NCBI GenBank assembly: GCA_951406725.2
Contig: OX597838.1
Location: 9,176,001 to 9,240,000 of the forward strand
Length of the DNA stretch: 64,000 nucleotides
Direction: 5' to 3'
Source: Octopus vulgaris
Taxonomy: Eukaryota
Shown: positions 41,161 to 53,100 of the stretch, piece after piece
Position numbering within the stretch: the stretch's first letter is position 1
Layout of the letters: each line of letters starts with the position of its first letter
The notes under the pieces: generated by a model
What the model was told of the DNA's origin: nothing
Seen by the model: only the letters and a program-made list of their open reading frames with translations
Databases searched by the model: none
Translations under genes and position numbers: made by a program

Positions 41161-41393
41161 TATACAAAATGGGACAAGAACGCAAAACATTCAAATAGAC
41201 AACACAAAAAAACAGACGGGTCATTCGAAGCCCCTAATCTTCAGTCAAGAACCGGATCATCCTCGCAATAAAATTAATCAGCCAAAATTGCGAGGATGAT
41301 CCGGTTCTTGACTGAAGATTAGCGGCTTCGAATGACCCCCCGTTTTTTGTGTTGTCTATTTGAATGTTTTGCGTTCTTGTCCCATTTTGTATT
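41161..41393. repeat. Long inverted repeat (~108-bp arms, 17-nt loop)
   Basis: ATACAAAATGGGACAAGAACGC...GGATCATCCTCGCAAT is mirrored by ATTGCGAGGATGATCC...GCGTTCTTGTCCCATTTTGTAT with only a few mismatches. Confidence 0.92.
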
Positions 41394-41714
41394 TTTATAT
41401 ATATTTTTTATACATAAATTATTGCGGCGTAACGTACACTTTGTTCTCTTATACATATATATATATATATATATAATAAATATCAGGGAATAAATCCAAA
41501 CTTACAGGGAAAAATCAAATTTAGGATTGAATCCAATTTTATAGTAAAATATTATATTATATTAAATTAGAGACAAAACCACTATTAGGCAAATCAAACA
41601 ATGAAAGACTTAAGCCAATACATAAATTAATTTATATTATTTAAATATGTAACAATTATTAAAAAAATATAATTAATATCCACTTGATTTGCCTAATAGT
41701 GGTTTTGTCTCTAA

Positions 41715-41758
<44 letters not shown>

Positions 41759-43826
41759 ATGGATATAATTTTTTTTGTGAAAAATACTTGATACAATCGC
41801 AATATTTGAAGAAAGATTTTCTTAAAAACTATCAAATGTTTCAAAAATCTTAGTAAAACAGAGTAACATGAACCCTTTGGAAGGAGGTCTTCATATTGTG
41901 TGTGTAAGCGCTTTCATTGTTAAATTTTCCAAACACATGTCATAGTCATAATCCATATAAAGGAAGTTGTTTTAAGTAGCAGTGTTGACTATTCCTCGTT
42001 TGGTTTCAGACTTTAAATTCTTGTAAAGTATTCTTCTTTTGATCATTTTCTTCCTTTATTTGAAAAAAAGGAAATATTTTGAATTTTAAATGTGCACAAA
42101 TGTCTAAATGAGATTTTTTTTTTTGAGTTGTAAAACAAAACAAAAAAAAAAGAATCTGCTGTGGAAGAATCTACCACAACAAATTCCATCTGACCCATGC
42201 CAGCATGGAAAAGTAGATGTTAAACGATTCTGATGATGATGATGATGATGATGATGTAGTAGTAGTAGTAACAGCAGCAGTAGTAGTAGTAGTTGTAGTG
42301 CAGCAGCTACCCTTAATAATTGCAGTTCTTTTACAGCTGGGTTGGGTCCTTTCTGAAATCTGAAGAGCCATAAAAAGCTTATCTTCACCTTTGATATTTT
42401 TATTTTTATTTTGCTTTTTTGCCAAAATGTGGAATGACAGATACAGTATCTGTAGGGACACAACTGCAAAAGAAATTCTTAGCGAAGAAACCCCTTCCCT
42501 CCATCACCTCTCCCCAACCCGCCCACTCGCCCACACAGACAACCACTTCATTCCTTTTATTAATTGACTTCTAATTAAGTCATATAAAATATGAGTTCTT
42601 TTAATTCCTCTTTTTTTATTCTTTATTCATTATTTGGCCCCAGTCCATATGTTTACCATTCCTTCCTCATTTTGACTTTGTTCTTAAGGATTCTTGGTAG
42701 TTTCTAAACACCTCGGTTGGAAAAATCTCTTTCTTCAGATGAAGGTCCGATCTTGTAATGTCAGATTCCTCTCCTCACAGCATCCAAACTTAAGAACAAA
42801 CATTTTTAGTTTGCATCTGTTGATCTGTAAAATGGTTTTCATAAGAATCTTGTTATGTTGTCTGGTGGGGATAATGATGGTTAGTGCAGGGCATGGAGGA
42901 GAGCAGAATATAGAGATAAGAGGAAGAGAGACAAGTGATGTGGAAGAGGCACAAAGGCAACCAGTGATTCTCAGGGGTCGAGGCTACCGTTGAAATTGTA
43001 TAAAGCAAGATGTAAGAAATCCCACATCTGGTGTTTGATGCTGAGAGATTCCATACCAATATGTTGTGTTGCCTATTCTTAGATACAGTCTATGATGTCT
43101 GTACATATTGTTACAACACTGCTCTTGGTTTTGAATGCCATTGTAAAGAGTTGGCACCAGAATGATAACCTGTAGTCTTGGAGGACTGAGAAGGTTTTGA
43201 ACACAACCCTTTCCTCCAAACCAAACCATACTGTCCTCTAAAAAATGTCTTGTAACATTTGTATTAGGCCTGTATATGAATGTTCTTTGAAGAATTCAGT
43301 GTCCAAGAAAGGTTTTGGTTCATTATAATTCTTGAGACTGTAACATAAGTTAGGAAGTTCCATACACTGAAGATCTAATGATTCTCATCGCAGAATCTGT
43401 CTGAGTTTCAGAAAAAAGATCCTAACCCAGAAGCAAAATCTAAATCCAAAATAGCTAAACATGAACAGGAAGGACCAAAATGTTGCTTAATTTATGCAAA
43501 AGGATATACAAAAAAGGGAATCTGACACATGTACCTATGAAATTGTCTAAAAGAGACGTCTCTCTTGTGAGTTCAAAGTCAGCCAGGCAGCAATTATTGG
43601 AGACAAATTATAGATCAATACTCAAACCTGAGGAATACAGATCTTCTAAAAGCTACATGTTGTAATGTGGCAACCATCAGTTCCATGGTCGCATGTGTTT
43701 ATTGGCCAGTGACTAATTAACTAACGACTTACTTATTAGTCTTCTTCTGCCTGATATCTCAGTTATATTTTAGTGATTTTTTTTTCTCCTCTCTCTCTCT
43801 CTCTCACTCTCTCCATCCAATTTCAG

Positions 43827-43980
43827 ACGTAACATAATTGGTTTTGAAAGTAATCGTCAGCTGATGACCTGCCGTTATGATCCCCGAAATGCTACAAATC
43901 GTTTTTGCCCCATCTTTATAATTCAGGATATTTTAGACTTAGTAAGAGGCGATGACAGTACCGAAAGCATTCTGAAAATG
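43827..43980 (+). CDS. P2X: P2X receptor exon 7b (alternative dorsal-fin exon)
   Basis: (CT)n tract, then tttcag|(R)RNIIGFESNRQLMTCRYDPRNATNRFCPIFIIQDILDLVRGDDSTESILKM|gtaagg. Open frame with RNI and C-x11-CPIF motifs; 154 nt, phase 2/0. Confidence 0.9.
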
Positions 43981-45441
43981 GTAAGGAGATTTGTTTACAT
44001 TTCATTTTCCAACTTGCCCTCTCTCTTTCTCTTTCATGCCTCTCTCTTTCTCTCTTTCTTCCGTTTACTTCTGGGTGTTTGGTTAAATGCCTTGTTAGGG
44101 ATCTATCTCGGTGCATCATATTTCATAGGGAGACATAGGGAGAATTCTGTCTCATAACCAAAACATTTCCATATTCCTACACAATCACTCTGAAACTAAT
44201 GGTCTTAGAGTCCTGCTTCCTCTTGTCGGACATGTTTCTCCTTGTCTTCATATCTTTTCTGCTCTCATAAAAGCCAAATTAATACAGATTTTGGTGAAAT
44301 AAATGCTTTTTGTGGAATTGACTCAAAATTCTGACTTTCTTTCTCTCCAAGATCAGTTTTGCTTTACATTTTTCTTCTAATGATAATTCGTTAGACTGGT
44401 GGGAAAGTGGTTAGCAGTATTTCTTTCAGCTCTTTGTGTTTTGAGTTCAAATCCTGTTCAGATTGACTTTGCTTTTCATCTTTTTTAGAGTTAATTAAAT
44501 AAAGTACCGGCTATATGCTGGGGTTGCCTCAAAACTGTTGACCTTGAGTGTAAATTAGAAGCTACGAGGTTAGGAAGGTGAGGAACGGGCAAAATTGTTT
44601 GAGCATAGGGAAAAAAAAGCTTTGAGGTTATTCTTTTGGGGTCAACTTTTGTCTTTCATTTTCCAAGGCTAATAAAAGAAGTACCAATTAATTACTGGGC
44701 TAGGCGAGGAGGTGGGGGTGATCTGATAAAATCAACTTACCCCCTCCACACCACACCCTTAAAATTGTCTGAATTAGAAACAATTATTTAAGGAAGGCAG
44801 CAAACTGGCAGAACGATTAGAACCTCAGATAAAATGCTTTGCAGAGTATTTCCTCAAGTTTGCCACATTCTGAGTTCAAATCCTGTGAAGGCCAGCATTG
44901 CCTTTGTTTTTTTTTTGATACCAAGTATTGAGGTCAATGGTATCTGTTACAGTGGCAAGCTGGCAGAATCGTTAGCAAGCCGGGTGAAATGCGTAGCCGT
45001 ATTTCATCTGCCGTTACGTTCTGAGTTCAAATTCCGCCGAGGCCGACTTTGCCTTTCATCCTTTCGGGGTCGATTAAATAAGTACCAGTTACGCACTGGG
45101 GTCGATATAATCGACTTAATCCGTCTGTCCTTGTTTGTCCTCTCTGTGTTTAGCCCCTTGTGGGTAGTAAAGAAATAGGTATTGGTTACAGCCCCTCCTC
45201 TCAATATTGATGGCCTTGGGAGGTATATGACTAAGTGGTTAGGGTGTTGTACATAAGTGCATGCATATATTGCCCTTACTTATAAATTGTTTATAAATTT
45301 AACCCTTAAAGGTATTTTTTAATATGCTGGCCATTGATAGAATTTTTTTCAAAAAATTTTATCCTACATTAGATATATATGTAGATATGTATGTATATGT
45401 ATGTAGATATATACGTATATATATATGTATATATATATATA

Positions 45442-45489
<48 letters not shown>

Positions 45490-45862
45490 TTAACAGTTAT
45501 CGCTGAGCTAATATGGCAGTCCAAAAATATAAGACTAAAGCTGCTGTTGATTAGCTCCAAGAGGCCATCGCCTCCAGCTAGCTATATGACACATGAACCT
45601 GTGTCCATTATAACCTTCGAACAGGGGAGGTCAGCCGCTTTCCCTTGTTGGTCAGACATTTGCGGACATGTTTCAGGGTATTTGCCCTTTATCAATGCAG
45701 AGTAGCCAGACCCAGCAGGCGTCACTGCCGACCGTCTGTTCGAAGGATTATTTACCTAATTTCAGTGGAATACATCCACTGGTTTTCATATTAGCTTGTC
45801 GATAACTGTTAATTTCCAGTATCGCTGCCGTAATTTCCTTTAGAGAGACTTAGAAATTTTAA

Positions 45863-45900
<38 letters not shown>

Positions 45901-46078
45901 TATATATATTGATAAAAATGGTAAGATAACAAAAGAAAGAAAGAGACCTCAATATTATGTGAATAGAGGAAATTTATCTGTAAAATAATGTGACAATTAT
46001 TCAATATTATTATTATTATTATTATTATTAGCACACGATCTCAGATCAGGTCAGTTGCTATGCAAGTACATCTCCCTG

Positions 46079-46121
<43 letters not shown>

Positions 46122-46492
46122 AATAATTGTCACATATTATTTTACAGATATATATATATATATATTAACTTATCACACCTGGCTAATATGAGCATAATGA
46201 GATACCCATATCTGCATGGCTGAAACAGGTGTAAGATGTAGTTTATATTTATATTTATTTATATTCACTTATACATATTGTACTTATTGTATCATATTAC
46301 TCATTGATGTGCATTGTTTTGTTCTATACAATTATGTTTGACCTTGATGTTCATATGTAGTGGTTTAATAAATTATGTGATTGGGTATTATCTGGTAGTT
46401 GATTATTGATTAAGGTGTATTGTGTATTTCTCCATTTTCTTATTTTGTATATATATATATATATCCCTTCTCGGGATCTTTCCTTCTCCTAT

Positions 46493-46527
46493 GTTTCCGA
46501 CGAAGAGCTCCGCTCGAAACGTCAAAC
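46493..46527 (+). ncRNA. Minimal hammerhead-like motif with variant core
   Basis: GTTT-CCGACGA-A-GAGC tcc GCTC-GAAA-CG-TC-AAAC. The core has U4C. It lies in a ~165-bp repeat (46465-46630) also found on the minus strand at 17281-17486 and 32052-32246. Confidence 0.5.
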
Positions 46528-46625
46528 CCTCCTTCTTCCCTTCTTTCCTAAGCGTCCAATAATACTTTATTTGTTCCACGTCCTTGCGTTGTTGCTTTTT
46601 TGTTTTTGTCTTCTTGTTTGGATTA

Positions 46626-46674
<49 letters not shown>

Positions 46675-46680
46675 AATGTT

Positions 46681-46748
<68 letters not shown>

Positions 46749-46966
46749 TATACAATATACATACATATAGTTAATGATGATGACGATGATGATGATGATG
46801 AAAATGATGACAATGATGATGATGATGATGATGATGATGACAATGGCATAAGTTATTCTGGTTATGTATGTTTACAATGTTATATTCTGAACAATTTCTT
46901 TGGTGACATCTCCTCATCGAACTTGTATTTCTGGATTGTCCGTTATTGCAATTCTTGCTCTTTCAG

Positions 46967-47094
46967 GGGGCCTCGATCCAAGTAAATATTGTTTGGAACT
47001 GTAACCTTGACCATTCTCTCGATGAATGCTTACCAGAATATAGGTTCACTCGATTGGATCGGTCAAACGTTGTATCGGAAGGCTTCAATTTCAG
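46967..47094 (+). CDS. P2X: P2X receptor exon 8
   Basis: tttcag|GASIQVNIVWNCNLDHSLDECLPEYRFTRLDRSNVVSEGFNF-R|gtaaga; WxCNLD, CLPxYxFxRLD and the ATP-binding GxNFR motif; phase 0/2. Confidence 0.96.
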
Positions 47095-47316
47095 GTAAGA
47101 ATCCATTATCTTGTCAACCTCAAAACACAACACTCTCTCAGGTATTTCAAGTCATGTTTTCACCTTAATTGCCCTTTATATATTTATATATGGCTGTATT
47201 CTACCTATCTGTCTGTCTGTCTACACTTTTATGCACACACACATATATATTTATATATATACATGCAGACATATACACACACATATATATATCCTCATAA
47301 TGACTGAATATATATA

Positions 47317-47356
<40 letters not shown>

Positions 47357-47358
47357 GA

Positions 47359-47389
<31 letters not shown>

Positions 47390-47465
47390 CATGCATATAT
47401 ATATATATACATGCATATATATATATATATATACATGCATATATATATACATACATATGCATATA

Positions 47466-47502
<37 letters not shown>

Positions 47503-47503
47503 G

Positions 47504-47557
<54 letters not shown>

Positions 47558-47719
47558 GTGAAGGGAAGAAATGGAGCTGAACAAAGATTCTACAGAATTC
47601 CTTTTAATAATCCGTAACAAGATAATTCATTTATCCATTTCAATAAATATATATATATATATATATATATACATGCATATATACATACATACATACATAC
47701 ATATATAAATATATATATA

Positions 47720-47797
<78 letters not shown>

Positions 47798-48351
47798 TAT
47801 AATGCATATATATATATATATACATGCATATATATATATATGCATATATATATATATATATACATATGCATATATATATATATATATACATATGCATATA
47901 TATATATATATACATACATATGCATATATATATATATATTTACATGCATATATATATTTATGTATGTGCATGCATGCGCATGTATACATACACGTACACA
48001 CATACACACACACACACACAGATACAACCTCACTCATACACTTGTGTGTGTGTGTGTGCGTGTGTGTCTCCATATCTGTGTTTGTGTTTCCATTGCTATA
48101 TGTTCTATGACTTAGTTGACCAACAAACTGGTACTGATGAATCCCGTACCATATGAAAATAAGTACTTGGATTATTACTATCAGTAAAATCCCTCGAAAT
48201 TAAATAACTGAAAAAATTAAGATATCCAACAATTAAAAATTAAATGATTAAGAGATTAAATGATTAAGAGATTAAAAGAGATTAACAGATTCAATGATTG
48301 AAATATTACAACACTATATATCCTGTTTGTTTGTGTGTTCTACTTGTCCAG

Positions 48352-48508
48352 GTTTGCAAAATATTTCCAAAGTGGGGATCAACCGATGCGGACATTGGTA
48401 AAAGCGTATGGAATCCAGTTCCTCGTTACAATTCAAGGACGTGGAGGAAAGTTCAGCATCGTTCCACTCATGTTAAATCTTGGAAGTGGTTTAGCCTTAT
48501 TATCACTG
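48352..48508 (+). CDS. P2X: P2X receptor exon 9 (pre-TM2 and first half of TM2)
   Basis: gtccag|(R)FAKYFQSGDQPMRTLVKAYGIQFLVTIQGRGGKFSIVPLMLNLGSGLALLSL|gtgtgt; RTLxKAYGI, GKF and NxGSGLALL motifs; phase 2/0. Confidence 0.96.
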
Positions 48509-48543
48509 GTGTGTATATACATATATACATTTGAATGTAAATT

Positions 48544-48583
<40 letters not shown>

Positions 48584-48668
48584 AAGTGAGAGAGAGCAAG
48601 ATAGAAGCTAGTAATGGCAGAGTGTTTATAGAGAGATAAACATTTGGAGAGAGAGAGACAGAGAGAGA

Positions 48669-48710
<42 letters not shown>

Positions 48711-48837
48711 AGAGAGAGAGAGAGAGGATTGGATAGAGAGCAAGAAGAATAGATATATAGATTGATAAAGAGAGAGAGAGAGAGAGAGAGAGGAAGGCAA
48801 TTAAACTGAAACAAAGGAGAGAGAGAGAGAGAGGACT

Positions 48838-48888
<51 letters not shown>

Positions 48889-48975
48889 GAGAGAATTTGA
48901 TTGGAAGCTACATAATGAGATAAAAAGAGAGGGAGAAAGAATTAGAGAGAGAGAGAGAGAGAGAATTAGATAGAT

Positions 48976-49013
<38 letters not shown>

Positions 49014-49341
49014 TGATCGGAAGATACATAATGAGATAAAGAGAGGGGGAGAAAGAATTAAAGAGAGAGAGAGAGAGAGAGAGAATTAGATAGATTGAAA
49101 TAGAGAGAGAGAGACAGGGAGCGAGAGAGAAATAGATAGATAGAGAGCAAGCTAGCTAGCTAGATAGATAGACAAAGAGAGAGAGAGTAAGTGAGTGAGT
49201 GAGTGAGAGAGAGAGAGAGTTTGGTTTAGAATTAGTGTTGTGGAATGAAGCGTTTCCTATCAGTTTTTCGCCTCTTTTACAAATTCCACGAAACCAGAAC
49301 CGTTTCACCAAATTCCATTTCTTATTGCTTCTCTGTTTCAG

Positions 49342-49440
49342 GCATCGGTCGTAGCAGACATAATTATGTTATATGTTTTGAAATCAAAGAATTTTTACCG
49401 AGAACAGAAATACCAAAATGTGGATGACAACGTATATTCG
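49342..49440 (+). CDS. P2X: P2X receptor exon 10 (end of TM2, YxxxK motif)
   Basis: gtttcag|ASVVADIIMLYVLKSKNFYREQKYQNVDDNVYS|gtaaga; conserved TM2 Asp and C-terminal YxxxK (YREQK); phase 0/0. Confidence 0.94.
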
Positions 49441-49679
49441 GTAAGACATACTTTCGTTTTTCATTATCAAAATGAAATTATCAAAATTCTACCAGTAAGT
49501 TGGTAGAATTTTTGGTATAAGTGCAGGAGGGGCTGTATGGTAAGAAGCTTGCTTCCCAACCACATGGTTCTGGTTTCAATCCCACGGCATGGCACCTTGG
49601 GCAAATATATTCTATTATAGCCTTCGGCCGACCAAAGTTTTGTGAGGGGATTTGGTAGACGGAAACTGAAAGAAGCCTG

Positions 49680-49719
<40 letters not shown>

Positions 49720-50744
49720 ATCACGTGACCGACCAGATCATCAGATGTTGTTACACATCGCTGGTCACAATGTGTTCGCATTGTTTTAGCCTTTGAATGA
49801 CACCACCCCGCTGGCTAAGCGAGCAGGCCAACAGAAGAAAGAGTGAGAGAAAGAGTGGTGAAAGAGTACAGCAGGGATCACCGCCCCCAGCCGGACCCTC
49901 GTGGAGCTTTTAGGTGTTTTCGCTCAATAAACACTCACAGTGCCCGGTCTGGGAATCGAAACCGCGATCCTACAACCGCGAGTCCACTGCGCCATTGTGC
50001 TTCCACCCCCCACCCCCACCCACACATATATATTTATATATATAGGTGCAGGAGTAGTAGTATGGTAAGAAGCTTGCTTCCCAACCACATGGTTCCAGGT
50101 TCAGTCCCACTGCGTGGCACCTTGGGCAGGTGCCGTCTACTATACCCTCGGGCCGACCAAAGCCTTGTGAGTGGATTTGGTAGACGGAAACTGAAAGAAG
50201 GAGGAGGAGGTAGAAGAAGAAGAAGAAGAAGAAGAAGAAGAAGAAACCTAAAACTAAGGCTACCACTTGCAGTTACTGTCTGCATCTGCTGGTCTCGGAT
50301 GTCCAACTGGAGGCTGACAGCAATCGGTTTATCTCTTAGAATTCTGTTCTTTCAGAAGAGCACCATTCATGAACTGAGTAGGAACAAGATATGGCATAAT
50401 ACTCCAAATGCTGGGCTCCTGTTTAAAAGCACCATGGGTCTTTGCTTGAAAACCTTTGCCATTGGGAAACTGTGGTGAAACCTTTCCCGCTGAGAGGAGT
50501 AAGCCCAAGTCCTCGCAACAAACAGACCTGCACTAATAATATCTGATGCTTGTTTGATGAGGATAAGCCAAACGACAAAATAAATTCCAAAACTTTCCTG
50601 ATACCAAGATGCCGTTGTTTCTAAGCATGTCTTTTTTATTCAACATTTATTTTTGATATCTCTGATATTTTGCTCTATAATTTCGTGTGAAAAAAAAAAA
50701 AAAAAATTGTAAAAAATCTATAAAATTATATTTTCTATTTTCAG

Positions 50745-50816
50745 TCAATGAAAGAAGACACACCAATTACTACATATAACTCCAACAAAGACCAGCGCTC
50801 TGCCTCATATCATTAA
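50745..50816 (+). CDS. P2X: P2X receptor probable terminal coding exon
   Basis: ttttctattttcag|SMKEDTPITTYNSNKDQRSASYH-stop. First strong acceptor in unique sequence after exon 10; the tail is not conserved, so this rests on splice signal and frame only. Confidence 0.65.
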   Translation, partial: SMKEDTPITTYNSNKDQRSASYH

Positions 50817-51119
50817 TACATGCATACATATAGATATCTATATATATATATATATACACATTTTATATATGTGTATATATATATATATTGTTGATGCCAT
50901 AAGAATTTATAAAACATTTGAACATTTGAGAAAATGCAAAAGAATTCTTTCTTGAAATAGGATCTTGATGTATATATAAAGGTATACGTACAGCATGTAA
51001 TTATTTACATGCTATTATTATTATTATTATTATTGATAGCTTTATATGTATATCGATATCCAATTTTGAAAATAATATACACACACAGGCATACACTTGC
51101 ACATACACAAACACATCTA

Positions 51120-51177
<58 letters not shown>

Positions 51178-51736
51178 TACACACACCCATATATATATGT
51201 ATGCATGCATGAATACATATATGTGTATATATATGTATGTGTGTGTGTATATATATATATATACACACACACATTTATATATGTATATACATACATATAT
51301 ATATAGATATATACATACACATATAAATGTATGTATGCATGAATACATGTATGTATGTATATATATATAAATATATATATATTCTTTTATTCTTTTATCC
51401 TTTTACATGCTTCAGTCATTTGACTGTGGCCATGCTGAAGCATCACCATTAGTTGGCTGAATCAACCCCAGGACTTATTCTCTGTAAGTCTAGTACTTAT
51501 TGTATCGGTGTCTTTTGTTGAATCGCTAAGTTAAGGGGATGTAAACACACTAACATCGGTGGTCAAGTGATAGTGGTGTGGAGACAAACACAGACACAAA
51601 CATATACATATATATATATACACACACACACACCCATATACGCCAGGCTTCTTTCAGTCTCCGTCTACCAAATCTACTCACAAGGCTTTGGTCGGCCAAA
51701 GCCTGTAGTAGGAGAGAATTGCCCATATATATATAT

Positions 51737-52025
51737 ATAAATTAGAAAAAACCCACCTTTTATCAATTCAAAATGAACAATTAAATTACACCATCTAGAA
51801 AATTACATATAATAGAAATATTAAAATTAAAATAACAATAATATACCAATGATTAAGTAAATTGCAACAATATATACGTTTTTATTATTATTTTGCAATT
51901 TACTTAATCATTTGTATTTTATTGTTATTTTATTTTTAATATTTCTATTATATGTAATTTTCTAGATGGTGTAATTTAATTGTTCATTTTGAATTGACAA
52001 AAGGTGGTTTTTTTCTAATTTTTAT
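51737..52025. repeat. Long inverted repeat (~130-bp arms)
   Basis: AATTAGAAAAAACCCACCTTTT...GATTAAGTAAATTGCAA is mirrored by TTGCAATTTACTTAATC...AAAAGGTGGTTTTTTTCTAATT; flanked by (TA)n. Confidence 0.9.
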
Positions 52026-52499
52026 ATATATATATTATATTTCGTGAAATTTGATTTTGTATTTCTAAATTGAATTTTTCCCTGTAAGTTAGGAATAATA
52101 TTCCCTCAAATAATTATTATTATTTATATATATATATATATATGAACACACACAAACATAGATATGATAACAAGTTGATTCAGAAAAAGCATTACTCAGT
52201 GTTTTGTACATGTAGTTATACCTACATCTTCAAATGTAAGGAGGTCTGAATAAAGAGAATTTAAAGCTGGCTTCTATGTATGGATATTTGGGTCTTCATT
52301 GGTCACATCAGATCATGTGAAGAGCTTGAGAAAACTGCAGCCCAAATCATTTCCTCTTTTTAACATCTTTTCCTTTGGGGAAGGAGTAAGAGGTCCTCCA
52401 TATATAATAATTTATTAGTAAAACCACTCCATTTCAGTGCTTCGTTATAATAGGTTGTAGCTTTTTTGATCTTTTTATAGATTCTTCTGCTGATGCCTG

Positions 52500-53100
52500 T
52501 GACCAGGTTTCTGGTTTCACCAAAGTGGTAGGGCTGAAGTTCTTATGGGTGTAAACAGTTTTAAATTTTCTATAGGGGTAGTGTATGCCTGCCTTGAGGT
52601 TCTGAATGGCAACCAGAAAGTCAACTTCAGTTAAATTGATGGTAACAATTATACTCATGATGAACACTTTGAAGATATTATAAGGTTTTTCTGGAACTTT
52701 CCATAGAGTGGTCATTCAAATGACTTGAGATTGCCAAGCTATCATCCCTATAAAGGGCTGAACTGTTATGGGGGATGGGTGGGGTGTATCTTTATTCAGG
52801 GTATCTAGTGTAAATAACCCAATAAGGTCAGTAACTTCAGCCCCATTGTAACTTCCTATGAATATGTCAAACAGTGGACACCCTTTTTCTTCATAGAAGG
52901 GGTCATTGTGCAAAAGGAATGACTTCTTAGGGATCAGAATGATTCTGATATTGAGATGACTGATTTCAGTAGATTGTCTCTTAAAATCTAGAATTTTTCA
53001 TGAGCAAAGATTTCGATATGGAAGGGTAGAAATCCACAATATCAAACTGGGTGGATTTGCAGTTTGCTTTATTCTTTATGCCATGGAATCATCTGAAAAT
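52500..53100 (-). mobile_element. Decayed Penelope-like element reverse-transcriptase fragment
   Basis: Minus-strand FDIVDFYPSISKSL, FDIFIGSYNGAEVTDLIGLF and NLTEVDFL..NLKAGIHYPYRK match PLE RT motifs (FDIxxFYPSI; FDVxMGSYDGAEV); multiple stops and frameshifts. Confidence 0.75.

Noticed and set aside
43947-43955. RGD tripeptide in exon 7b (VRGDDS; coordinates approximate)
   Set aside because: A three-residue motif is expected by chance; no evidence of conservation or integrin binding.
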